From Eledone cirrhosa (taxonomy: Eukaryota): a stretch of 64,000 nucleotides of DNA. The notes under the pieces are model-generated. The model worked only from the letters and a program-made list of their open reading frames with translations, did not search any database and had not been told where the DNA came from. The position numbers and the translations under genes are program-made. Below, one piece after another: positions 1 to 11,629 of this stretch. Numbering within the stretch: position 1 is the first letter of the stretch; each line of letters begins with the position of its first letter. The stretch covers positions 287,556,001 through 287,620,000 of the forward strand of contig OZ024743.1 in the NCBI GenBank assembly GCA_964016885.1, written 5' to 3'.

Positions 1-38
1 AGATAGTTAGAGAGAGTTAGAGAGAGAGAGAGAGAGTT

Positions 39-115
<77 letters not shown>
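1..115. repeat. (AG)n microsatellite
   Basis: Near-pure GA dinucleotide run. Confidence 0.95.
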
Positions 116-166
116 TGACGGTGGGTGGGCGGAGAAATTCAAAAACAAACAAACTCCTCTCAACAG

Positions 167-222
167 TTAGTGTTTGACAACATGAAACAAACAGTGATGT
201 TCTTGGCCCGGAGCTGTTTAAA
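167..222 (+). other. Possible 56-nt coding micro-exon (LVFDNMKQTVMFLARSCL)
   Basis: Flanked by ctcctctcaacAG and GTAAGT with one open frame; no homolog recognised. Confidence 0.2.
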
Positions 223-267
223 GTAAGTTACTATGTATGGTGTAAATAAGTCCAGTGATGGAGAAGC

Positions 268-790
268 AAATAATAATAATAATAATAATAATAATTATAA
301 AAAATAATAATAAATAAATAAAAACAAAACAAAAAATAAGAACACCAACAACAACAACTATAAAAATAAGAAGAGAAAAAAATAAGAAGAGAAAGGAAAA
401 GAAGAGGAAGAATTAGAAGAAAAAATTAAGAGGAAAGGAAAATAAAGTAAGAAAAAAAAGAAAGAGAGAAAGAAGAGAATGAAGTGGAATAATAAGTAGA
501 AAAAGAGGTTGTAGACGAAAAAGCAGACGACGATGATGATGATGATGATGAAGAAGAAGAGAAGAATTAGAATATGAAAAAGAAGAAAAAGAAAAAAAAA
601 GAAAAAGAAAAAGAAAAAGAAAAAGAAAAAGAAAAAGAAAAAGAAAAAGAAAAAGAAAAAGAAAAAAGAAAAAAGAGAAGAAAGAGAATTAGAATAGGAA
701 AAAGAAGAAAAGAAGAAAGAAGAAGAAGAAGAAGAAGAAGAAGAAGAAGAAGAAGAAGAAGAAGAAGAAGAAGAAGAAGAAGAAAATAAC
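268..790. repeat. Compound purine-rich simple repeats (AAT)n, (GAT)n, (GAAAAA)n, (AGA)n
   Basis: Seen directly; explains spurious ORF 574-789. Confidence 0.95.
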
Positions 791-999
791 CCAGAACAAT
801 GTCAATAAAATCGGTGAGGACAATAAAAATAATAACAAGTTTATTTAAAAATTACTTAGCGGAAGATGAGTGAATATTAAAGACTATATTGGACATTTAG
901 GGGTATCAAATTCCCTTTATTTTACTCAGTATGTACGGCATGTTAAAATCTGAAAAAAAAAGATAAACAGACGAGATAGGTACTTTCTTTTACACTATG

Positions 1000-1003
<4 letters not shown>

Positions 1004-1049
<46 letters not shown>

Positions 1050-1272
1050 AGCGAAAGAGAGAGAGAGGGAGAGAGAGGGAGAGAGAGAGAATGAGAGGGA
1101 GAGAGAGAGAGAGAAAGAGAGATAGAGAAAGAGAGAGAGAGGGGGAGAGGTAGAGAGGGAGCTAGAGAGAGAGAGAGAGGGAGAGAGAGAATGAGAGGGA
1201 GAGGGGGAGAGGTAGAGAGGGAGCTAGAGAGAGAGAGGGAGAGAGAGAATGAGAGGGAGAGAGAGAGAATGA

Positions 1273-1316
<44 letters not shown>

Positions 1317-1480
1317 AGAGAGAACGAGAGAGAGAGATAGGGAGAGAGAGAGAGAGGGAGAGAAAGAGAGAGAAAGAGAGAGAGGGAGAGAGGGAGAGAG
1401 AGAAAGAGAGAGAGAGGGAGAGAGAGAGAAAGAGAGGGAGAGAGAGAAAGGGAGAGTGAGAAAGAAAGAGAGAGTGAGAA
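1004..1480. repeat. Degenerate (AG)n/(AGGG)n polypurine tract
   Basis: Seen directly. Confidence 0.95.
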
Positions 1481-1519
1481 AAACGTACACACATATACAC
1501 AGACACATATATCGATGGA

Positions 1520-1856
1520 TCTCCGCCGATTTCGACCATGAGTGCTGCAGTTGTTTGATCAACGAAGCAGACTACTCATGAAATTAACGAATAAGTGGAT
1601 GAGCATTCTACAGTCACGTGGATCTTTATTTTTCTCAGAGGGACTTAGAATCACACTGTGTGTGATAAAGCCGGCCCTGTGAATTAGTCACAGTCCATCC
1701 GACGGGCTTCCAAACAGTCTCTGTTTACCCACTTTCAGACATGAGACATGGCTCGACCAATGGCTAAATTAAATGGCGCCCAAGATACCACGTAGTAAGA
1801 TGGAACCTGGCGACTAATGATTGTGAATCGAACCATTTAACCACACGGCAATGCTG
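1520..1856 (-). mobile_element. Old tRNA-derived SINE with Nin-like domain
   Basis: Reverse complement aligns by eye with 54976-55330: tRNA-like head, then a segment resembling the Nin-domain gtagacggaaactgaaagaagcccgtcg. Confidence 0.6.
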
Positions 1857-1931
1857 CGTCTACACATACAGACGTATATGTGTGTGTGTATTCTGTGTAG
1901 AAAAGTAGTAGCGAGTTCGCAGTCACTGCCA

Positions 1932-2000
<69 letters not shown>

Positions 2001-2110
2001 AAAGGAATTCCAACTTTGTCTGATTTACTCGTTTTATTTACAATCCTTTAACATGTATAATGGCATTAGAAAGAAATAGTATGGTAGAATATTAAATGTT
2101 AAGTGTTAAT

Positions 2111-2149
2111 TGAACAAGTACTTTCATGCTTTAGCAATCTTCAGGTTCA
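2111..2149 (-). ncRNA. Minimal type I hammerhead ribozyme (PLE-type)
   Basis: Minus strand reads TGAAC-CTGAAGA-tTGCtaaaGCAt-GAAA-GTAC-TT-GTTCA: intact core, 5-bp stem I, palindromic stem III. Lies in a 185-bp insert between (TA)n tracts. Confidence 0.8.
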
Positions 2150-2181
2150 TATTCTGTGGTGACAGTCAAGTTTGCAATTTT

Positions 2182-2270
<89 letters not shown>

Positions 2271-2271
<1 letters not shown>

Positions 2272-2682
2272 TTTCTAACACTATATATATATATATAGTG
2301 TTAGAAAGTAAAGGGAACACGAACAAAAGATAGACATTTTCCCTTCATCAGTTGTCTACTGCGGGTCACGGATGTTGAGCGCATTATAGACAATACATCT
2401 ATCCATAGCACGCCTATAACTTATTATCAACAAGTTATGAGGGAAAGAAAAGACGAAAAAGAGGCTATAGCGAAGAGAGAGAAAAAAAGAAAAAAAGCGA
2501 GAAAAAAACAAAAAAAAAAACATACAGATAGAAGGGGAGAAACAGGACAATGGCACATGTAAGTAAAGTAACCGAGGAGAGAGAGGACGAAGTTAAAAAA
2601 GGCAGTTGGTTATAAACCCCAGGGCCTTATTAACAGCGAGAGAACTAAGAGAACACGTCTATTCTCGGTGAGAACGGCGTAA

Positions 2683-2717
<35 letters not shown>

Positions 2718-3091
2718 GAGGGGGAAAGAAACGGAAGTGGTAGGGGGCAGAGAGAGAGAGGGTGAGAAAAAGAGAAGGGATGAGCGAGGGAGAGAGAGAA
2801 AGGAAGAAAAAGGGAGAGAAAGAGGGGAGGAGGGAAAAGAGTTAATCCCAAAAGGTGGTAAGCCGTAAGTCTGACTAGGAATAACAAAAACAAGCGAGAT
2901 CGACAGAGAGAAAGGAGCGGAGGTTACAGCATTAAGTACATAAATATGGATTAAGAGGGACGAGGTTGCGTGGTTACTGATAACGAGTGTTAGAAAGTTA
3001 AGGGAAGACAAACAAGAGATAGACATTTTCCCTTCATGAGTTATCTACTACGGGGTACGGATGTTTCAGCGCATTATAGACAATACATCTA
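2271..3091. mobile_element. ~800-bp element with ~105-bp diverged direct terminal repeats in (TA)n (probable PLE pseudo-LTR relic)
   Basis: 2297-2401 resembles 2986-3091. 2271-2282 (ctttctaacact) is the reverse complement of 2297-2308. Confidence 0.55.
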
Positions 3092-3096
3092 CAAAA

Positions 3097-3168
<72 letters not shown>

Positions 3169-3253
3169 AGTAAGAATATTTTCGAAACAGCGAGTGGGTT
3201 TGAAATTATTAGAAATGTAAGCTATCGCCGTATTTTGACTAAAGAAATTAAAG

Positions 3254-3341
<88 letters not shown>

Positions 3342-3683
3342 AGGAGTTGACGGACCCAGCATATTTACCAATGCCAGGACCGGTTGTATCTCTGCGTATT
3401 CAATAGGTGATGTATGATACACTCCCAGAGTATACACATAGTTATTCGCTTCAATACAACACACGTAAAACGGGTGCCTATATATATATATGTATATATA
3501 TATATTGAATAGGAATTTCGACACTAGAAATAGGTAGTAACTTAACTATTACCTCTGCTAGTCGACACATCGATCTCCATCGATCAATCGTCTCACTGAA
3601 ACGATCGTAAAACAATGAACTAATTATCTACCCACACCTGACTTCTGTTTTCTTTTTATTGTTCTATGCACAAACACAAATAT

Positions 3684-4555
<872 letters not shown>

Positions 4556-4819
4556 ATACAAGTTTGTGTATGTTTAAGGTGGAATACATAGTAATGTATT
4601 CAATTCGATCTAGATAACGTCACTGTAATTCCATAGATATGACAGTAGAGGTGATTTCACAATGAGAAGCGGGAAAGATAGAAGCTAGAGCGTGGATGGA
4701 TGCAAAGATAGGATTTCGTTAGATCATACATATTTAAATATGTCTATTGTATGTCGTGTCTGATAGAAGGAACTTTTTTTTTTCTATCGAGCCGTGTTTA
4801 CAGGTGATTATTGCTGTTG

Positions 4820-5310
4820 CCACTCATAAAGGTAAATTATATGAAATATATATGAAGCTATAATTCGCTTTTATCATTCCGCAGATTAAACACAACAATG
4901 GATGGACGGACGTCTGCGTGTAAAGATCATTGTTGGTATCATAATTATTATTCGGCTGTTGGCACTTCCATGCCTCTATAGCTTGTTTCGAGCTCTGTAA
5001 CACTGCTGTGCCAAGGAGTTTTGGAAATTGCCCATAATCCCTAAATCTGAAAGTCCTCCAGAAGAGTTTGCTCTGACTATCCTCATCAATGTCCAGAGCA
5101 GTTCCTAGGTCATCATCACTCATAACTTCCACTAACCCTTTATAGAAAGTAAGCGCTTTTTGCGGTCGCCGATTTCGTTGTCCTGTTGGTAAAGTGCCGC
5201 GAAGGCCTGGCAGCTCTCTAGATGCTACGAGCCCAACTTTTGTTTGATAAAAAAATGTAGCCGGCTACGGAGACGAGTTATGGTAAAACGATAGCTGTTC
5301 ACATTGGTTA
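4820..5310 (-). pseudogene. Decayed Tx1-like ORF2, post-RT segment
   Basis: Translates LTFYKGLVEVMSDDDLGTALDIDEDSQSKLFWRTF, matching LAFYRGLVEGKSDDVLGETLGVDENQLANLFGRTF of the ORF2 at ~16950. Confidence 0.85.
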
Positions 5311-5358
5311 GCCTTCGCTTTCGTTGTCACCGCCGTCGCAATAATGATGATGAGGATA

Positions 5359-5530
5359 ATTGGTTCTACTTTTGGCACAAGGCCAGCAATTACTCCAGGG
5401 CATTATTGGTGCTTTATTTTATCGACCCCGTAAGGATGAACGGTAAAATTAACCTCGGCGGGATTTAAACTCAGAAGGGCCATCATTCTATGCTGCAAAG
5501 CATGGTCTCTGACCCTCTACCAATACTGCC
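5359..5530 (-). mobile_element. tRNA-derived CORE-type SINE (Octopus OK/OR-like)
   Basis: Reverse complement carries the family motifs: head ttggcagtattggtagag, ctgagtttaaatcccgccgagg, CORE ttcatccttacggggtcgataaaataaag, tail ggccttgtgccaaaagtagaa. Confidence 0.85.
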
Positions 5531-5574
5531 AATCCAATGATGAAGTTGATAACAACAATAAGAATAATTAAATT

Positions 5575-7340
5575 CGTCAAGGGTGCCCCCACTCCTCCCT
5601 TCTGTATGTACTGAATCTCGAGGCACTGCTGCTGAAGCTGGAGCTGTTGAAGGGAATCCCATTCGAACCGGGACGTGGAAGGGCTGCATCGGCATATGCG
5701 GATGACGTCACCGTGTTGTGGAACCCCTTAGAAACCGAGGTGGTTAGTATCTTCTTAAAAAAGTAGGTAACGTTGATGGGAGAAAATATTAATCGGAACA
5801 AATTGGCGGGTTAGTAGTTCAGCTCCTAGAGAGGCAACTCTATGCCGTCTACCAAATTGGCGGGTTAGTAGTTCAGCTCCTAGAGAGGCAACTCTATGCC
5901 GTCTACCAAATTGGCGGGTTAGTAGTTCAGCTCCTAGAGAGGCAAGTCTATGCCGTCTACCAAATTGGCGGGTTAGTAGTTCAGCTCCTAGAGAGGCAAC
6001 TCTATGCCGTCTACCAAATTGGCGGGTTAGTAGTTCAGCTCCTAGAGAGGCAAGTCTATGACGTCTACCAAATTGGCGGGTTAGTAGTTCAGCTCCTAGA
6101 GAGGCAAGTCTATGCCGTCTACCAAATTGGCGGGTTAGTAGTTCAGCTCCTAGAGAGGCAACTCTATGCCGTCTACCAAATTGGCGGGTTAGTAGTTCAG
6201 CTCCTAGAGAGGCAACTCTATGCCGTCTACCAAATTGGCGGGTTAGTAGTTCAGCTCCTAGAGAGGCAACTCTATGCCGTCTACCAAATTGGCGGGTTAG
6301 TAGTTCAGCTCCTAGAGAGGCAACTCTATGCCGTCTACCAAATTGGCGGGTTAGTAGTTCAGCTCCTAGAGAGGCAAGTCTATGCCGTCTACCAAATTGG
6401 CGGGTTAGTAGTTCAGCTCCTAGAGAGGCAACTCTATGCCGTCTACCAAATTGGCGGGTTAGTAGTTCAGCTCCTAGAGAGGCAACTCTATGCCGTCTAC
6501 CAAATTGGCGGGTTAGTAGTTCAGCTCCTAGAGAGGCAAGTCTATGCCGTCTACCAAATTGGCGGGTTAGTAGTTCAGCTCCTAGAGAGGCAAGTCTATG
6601 CCGTCTACCAAATTGGCGGGTTAGTAGTTCAGCTCCTAGAGAGGCAACTCTATGCCGTCTACCAAATTGGCGGGTTAGTAGTTCAGCTCCTAGAGAGGCA
6701 AGTCTATGACGTCTACCAAATTGGCGGGTTAGTAGTTCAGCTCCTAGAGAGGCAACTCTATGCCGTCTACTAAATTGGCGGGTTAGTAGTTCAGCTCCTA
6801 GAGAGGCAACTCTATGCCGTCTACCAAATTGGCGGGTTAGTAGTTCAGCTCCTAGAGAGGCAACTCTATGCCGTCTACCAAATTGGCGGGTTAGTAGTTC
6901 AGCTCCTAGAGAGGCAAGTCTATGACGTCTACCAAATTGGCGGGTTAGTAGTTCAGCTCCTAGAGAGGCAAGTCTATGCCGTCTACTAAATTGGCGGGTT
7001 AGTAGTTCAGCTCCTAGAGAGGCAACTCTATGCCGTCTACCAAATTGGCGGGTTAGTAGTTCAGCTCCTAGAGAGGTAACACTATACCGTCTACCAGCGC
7101 CATTGAGCACTGGACGGACGGGCGGTTGTATCCAGATCTTCATATTGATAGGAACTGGGACAAAGTAACGAGCAGGGGAGTCAGTCTCATCCCCCAAAAT
7201 GGGCCGAGAGGAAGCTATCCCTGAAAGGTGGCGGAGAGGAGGCGAACGCATAGAATGCCCCCGTCAGATATTATCATCTTGCTCCAGTTCTCGTCTTACA
7301 TATTGGAAACTCTGCTCATTGTTTCTTATGGAAGGGACGC
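5575..7340 (+). pseudogene. Decayed Tx1-like RT segment interrupted by a minisatellite
   Basis: RQGCPHSSLLYVL...AYADDVTV upstream of the array; HWTDG...KWAERKLSLK...FLWKGR-like sequence downstream, with frameshifts and stops. Confidence 0.85.
5800..7095. repeat. 54-bp minisatellite, 24 near-identical copies
   Basis: Unit aaattggcgggttagtagttcagctcctagagaggcaactctatgccgtctacc; copies start at 5800, 5854 ... 7042. Confidence 0.97.
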
Positions 7341-7429
7341 GTTCCAGTGAATTGGCGGTTCAACAACTGCCAACACTTTTTGCATTGTTGGTGGTGTTGT
7401 GCCGAAATTAGAAACTTTGATATTTTAAG

Positions 7430-7600
7430 GGTGGTGGATTGGCAGTACAGGTAGAGCACCGGACAATATATGTTGCGACATATAGTTACGGCTTTTTACT
7501 TTCTGAGTTTAAATCCCGCCGAGGGATATACTGGGTTGACTTAATCGACTTTACTCTCCTCCGAAATTGTTGACCTTGTGCCAAAATCAGAAACCATTAT
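7430..7600 (+). mobile_element. CORE-type SINE (internally deleted)
   Basis: ggtggtggattggcagtac head, ctgagtttaaatcccgccgagg, ccttgtgccaaaatcagaaacc tail. Confidence 0.8.
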
Positions 7601-7676
7601 TATTGTCATTTTAGTTATTTTTTGCTTTTATTGTATATAATACACCGATGTTATTCTGTATGTATTGAACTTCTTT

Positions 7677-7876
7677 TGGCAGAATCGTTAGAGCGTCATA
7701 CAAAATGACTTTTGTATTTGGTTACAGCCTCTTTACGCTCTAAGTTAAAGCTGTGCCGACGTTAACTTTTCCTTTTATCCTTCTGTGGTCGATAAATAAA
7801 GTACCAACCAAAGTACTGCAGTTGATATAATCGACTATCACCTTCCCCCAGATTGCTAGCCTTGTGCCTAAATAAA

Positions 7877-7880
<4 letters not shown>
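7677..7880 (+). mobile_element. CORE-type SINE
   Basis: tggcagaatcgttag head, gtcgataaataaagtacca CORE, ccttgtgcctaaa tail. Confidence 0.8.
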
Positions 7881-7921
<41 letters not shown>

Positions 7922-7922
<1 letters not shown>

Positions 7923-10900
7923 AGTTGCATTTATCTTGCTTTATGTTCATACGAGTTATCACCAAGTCACAACCAGTGACCTCAAGAGACAACAAGGTCC
8001 GCCATGTTCAAGGAAGAACATACATACTCACACATGCATCTTTAGTGTTTAGACTTGTGATGTACTTATATTGACAGAATCTTCCTTAGTATATGGGCAG
8101 TTCCCATTAGTACTATCTTTTGTATTTCTCCTATACGCAGGTTTCCTGGGATCTGCGATAAGTAATCATTAGACCCCTTAGGTATCATTCCCAGAGGATG
8201 CCAACCACTGATGGGTTAAAGTTTTGTCAACATCAGGATTGTTAGCTCGCTCTGGGTATTTTCCATACAGAGGCTTTTCTTGCCATTTCTTAGCCAGTTT
8301 CTGTAGCAGTTCTTTCTTTGCAGTTACTTTTACCTGCTTTGCTTTTTCTGTGTTTTCCATTTCAGCAGTAAATGGGACTTCTGAAATTTGTAGTCCATTA
8401 CTGTATCTTTGTGCATCTTTTGTAATGGAATATGATCTTTTGATGCTTTCGTGTTTCAAAACGAGTTTGATCATCCAATCATGTGATTCCCTTAGATATG
8501 TAGATAATCCAATTGTTGCAGTTTTCAACGCAATGTCTAACTGGATTAACCCACGTCCTCCTTCTTTCCTAGGGAGATATATTCTATCTATATCTGCCTT
8601 AGGGTGATGCATTCTGTGCATGGTTAAGAATTTTCGAATTTTTGTATCGAGCCTACGGATCTCTGTGCTTGACCAGTTGATGACATTGTAACTGTAGGTT
8701 ACTACTGGTATGGCAAGCGTGTTTATGGCATCGATCCTATTCCTTGCATTCAATTCCGTTCTTAAGATTGCTCTTACTCTGCGGTAACATTCCTTCCTTA
8801 TCCTTTCCCTCATTGTCGAGTGCTTGATTCCGTCTCCTTCACAAACACCTAGATATTTGTAAGTTTTTTCTTGATCAAGTTCTCTTATCACGTTCCCCCG
8901 ATCAAGATTAATGTCTGAACTCTTCAGCAACTTTCCTCTGGTGAACGTTGCTTTGGCGCATTTATCTAGTCCAAACTCCATTTTAATGTCATCACTGAAC
9001 TGCTTCACAGTGGATAATAGCCCTTGCAATTGTTCATCATTTTTTGCAAATAGTTTCAGGTCATCCATGTAGAGCAGGTGATTAATGGTTTTGTCATAGA
9101 CTTTATATCCATGTTTTGTTTCATTGAGCATTTTACTTAATGGTATAAGTGCGATGCAGAATAAAAGTGGTGATAAAGAGTCACCCTGAAAAATTCCACA
9201 ATTAATATTAACTTCTCCAGCTTCCAGTGATTTTGTTTCACTATTCAAAAGGAGTGTCGTTTTCCATGTCTTCATACTGAATGACAAAAACCTCCTGACA
9301 ACGGGGGATATTTTGAAAATCTCTAAACATTTTTCAATCCAAATGTGTGGCAAACTATCGAATGCTTTTTTATAATCTATCCAAGCAATCGATAGATTTT
9401 TGTGTCTATTATGACAATCTTCCAGTATCATTTTGTTAACCAGAAGCTGATCCTTACAGCCATATGAGCCTCGTTTACACCCTTTCTGCTCAATGGGAAA
9501 TAGGTCATTTGTTATCAGGTGGTCATATGTGTATTCAGTTAGGACTGATGTTAAAATTTTATACATTGTGGTCAAGCAAGTTATCGGTCTGTAATTTTTG
9601 GGATTGTTTGTCTCATCATTCTTCGGAAGCAGGAATGTAATGCCATTAACTAGCCATGATGGTATCTTTTCTGGCTCCTTAACTATTTCATTGTAAAGTT
9701 GGGCTAACAGCTCATGAGACTCTGTGAAGGCATTTATCCAAAAGTTTTGTATTTTGTCTTTTCCTGGGGATTTCCATTTGCTGGTTTTTCTTAGAGCCAA
9801 GCGCAACTGTTCAGCTGTTATATTTTCCCATGTTTGTTCCTCAAGGTGAGCTGTATCTTTCATTTGTCTGTCTATCCATGGGGCATGTATGTTATGAACT
9901 TTTTCTTCGGCCCAGATCTTTTCCCAGAATTCTTGCACTTCCTCCTTGGGTGGTATTGATTTAGCAGTTATTGTTGACTTACCAATTTTTCTGTAGAAGT
10001 TTCTTTGGTTGTTTTTGAACATATTATTGTCCTTATAGAATCTAGATCGTTTTTCAAAGCGCCTTATACGAGCAGCTTTGGCCGACACTTTTTGCTTGAT
10101 TATTTCTATCAGCATGTCTATGTCACATGTTGATTTTATACTGTACTTTTTTTCTTCAATTTTCTAAGTTTAGTTTGTTTAACATGTTCACCTTCTTTAT
10201 AGTTTGTTAAAATTTCTATGTCAGATCGGAGAAGGTTTATTTGGCGATTGATGTTCTCTTGCCAAGTAGATTTCTTGTGTGAATTCCTTTGTTTTTTCAT
10301 CTTCACTCCACATAAGTGAGTGGTGACTTTAGCCGATGCATAATAGAGATGATTTAAATCAGTAATGTTTAGTTTGTTTGTGATGATAATGTTTTTGAGA
10401 ATTATGTTAGTCTTGTGTATTATCTTTTGGTTCTGTTTGGAGTTCTGGATCTTAGGGAGGGTGTCTCGTTGCCCCATGTCAGATTCTTTCATTTTCATCC
10501 ATTCGATCATAATTTCATCCTTCAAGTTGGCAAGTTCATTCTCATTCATTTCTTTATCATTTACGATCTCATTATTTTCATTTGGAGTTTCATCCTGAGC
10601 ATGCACTCCCTCCACTTTTTTGATCCTTTCTTTAATTTGTTCTGTTGCCAGTGATTCCGCCCCAACCCTGGGGTTCGAAGTGTTACAGTTTACCTCGTTT
10701 TCACTGACACATGTTTCATTTTCCCTTCGCTGACTTTGTGCTAATAGCTTGATCTGATCAATTTCTATATCAGTTAGTAACTTTTTTCTTACAATATTTC
10801 TTCGTATATTGGCTAGTTTGTTACTGTCAATATAGCCTCTGTTTTCGGGATGTTTCTTTTTCCAGTTGATATATGTCTGTTCTGTATTCGATGTATTTGA

Positions 10901-11390
10901 TGGCAGTGTAGAAAGCCTCAAGAACTTCTTTATTATCTTCCCTTGACCATTTTTCTCTCTTTTTCTTTGGATTTCTTGGTGGTGAGCATGGAGGGCCAAC
11001 AGTAGGAGTATTCCGGTTACGGGAGGTCTCCAGCTCCGAAGTGATGGGAAGGTTTGAACCATTAGCTGATTTTTCGACCCCAGTCTGGTTCCTCTCTGAG
11101 GGACGCGGCCCTTTTTTACCCGGGTGACGGCCGATCCGGTATGAGATTTTATCATTAGACATTTACTTTATTTTGTCGCATTTTATCCTTATCCGCCAAG
11201 GGGTAATCATTTCGTGTTACCACTTCTAGAACGAGTGTCAACCAAGACTAGAGGGGTCGTTCTCCCCTAGAGACACGGCTATTCCCCGCCGGCCGCCATC
11301 CCGGTATTTCTTGGTCACGGGGTTTTCTTTTTGTTGTTTTTTTAAATTGTTATTATCATGAGTGGTTCCTTAATGTGAGCATTGCGTGAC
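7922..11390 (-). mobile_element. R4/Dong-like non-LTR retrotransposon, full-length 5' end, endonuclease region deleted, flanked by (TAA)n
   Basis: (TTA)n at 7883-7920 and 11391-11419. Single frameshifted ORF with N-terminal REKWSREDNKEV..FY (Myb-like), RT, and terminal IQKIVLMGTAHILRKIL. Confidence 0.9.
8066..11162 (-). pseudogene. Dong-like RT polyprotein (pieces 11162-10900, 10900-10136, 10115-8190, 8193-8066)
   Basis: RT motifs KSPGKD, YRPITCL, EQKGC, IDYKKAFD, GIFQGDSLSPLLF, YMDD, FGLDKC, YKYLG, EGGRGL. Two frameshifts; no CxxC zinc finger or PD..D motif. Confidence 0.9.
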
Positions 11391-11557
11391 TTATTATTAT
11401 TATTATTATTATTATTATTGACGAAAGTGGATGTACGTTTTTTGAAGCTCCGTGAGTAAGCAATTTTTTGAGGATTAATTGTGGAGAATTGTTTATTTTT
11501 TTGTACCGCTGAAGCATTATAAGACATTCATTTGTATCCTGTGAAGGAATAACTCAT

Positions 11558-11585
11558 AATATTTGGGCCTTTTGGCCCAAATATT
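11558..11585 (+). promoter_or_regulatory. Perfect 12-bp hairpin in the Tx1 5' UTR
   Basis: aatatttgggcc-tttt-ggcccaaatatt, ~45 nt before the ORF1 ATG; hairpins occur at similar positions in copies C and D. Confidence 0.5.
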
Positions 11586-11629
11586 TGAACTTTATTTTGG
11601 AAAAATAATAATTTTTTTCTCAAAAAAAC

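Noticed and set aside
2312-2360. Hammerhead in the 105-bp direct repeat
   Set aside because: CTGATGA and a 6-bp stem are present, but no GAAA follows the stem, and the second copy reads CTCATGA.
5800-7095. CRISPR-like array
   Set aside because: Units are contiguous and near-identical with no unique spacers, there are no cas genes, and the unit derives from LINE ORF2.
5755-7251. 498-aa repeat protein gene
   Set aside because: It is the antisense of a LINE-derived 54-bp array, open only because the unit has no stop in that frame.
11160-11390. HDV-like ribozyme at the Dong 5' end
   Set aside because: A GTCACG/CGTGAC pairing exists, but I could not assemble P1.1, P3/L3 and J4/2; this needs a descriptor search.
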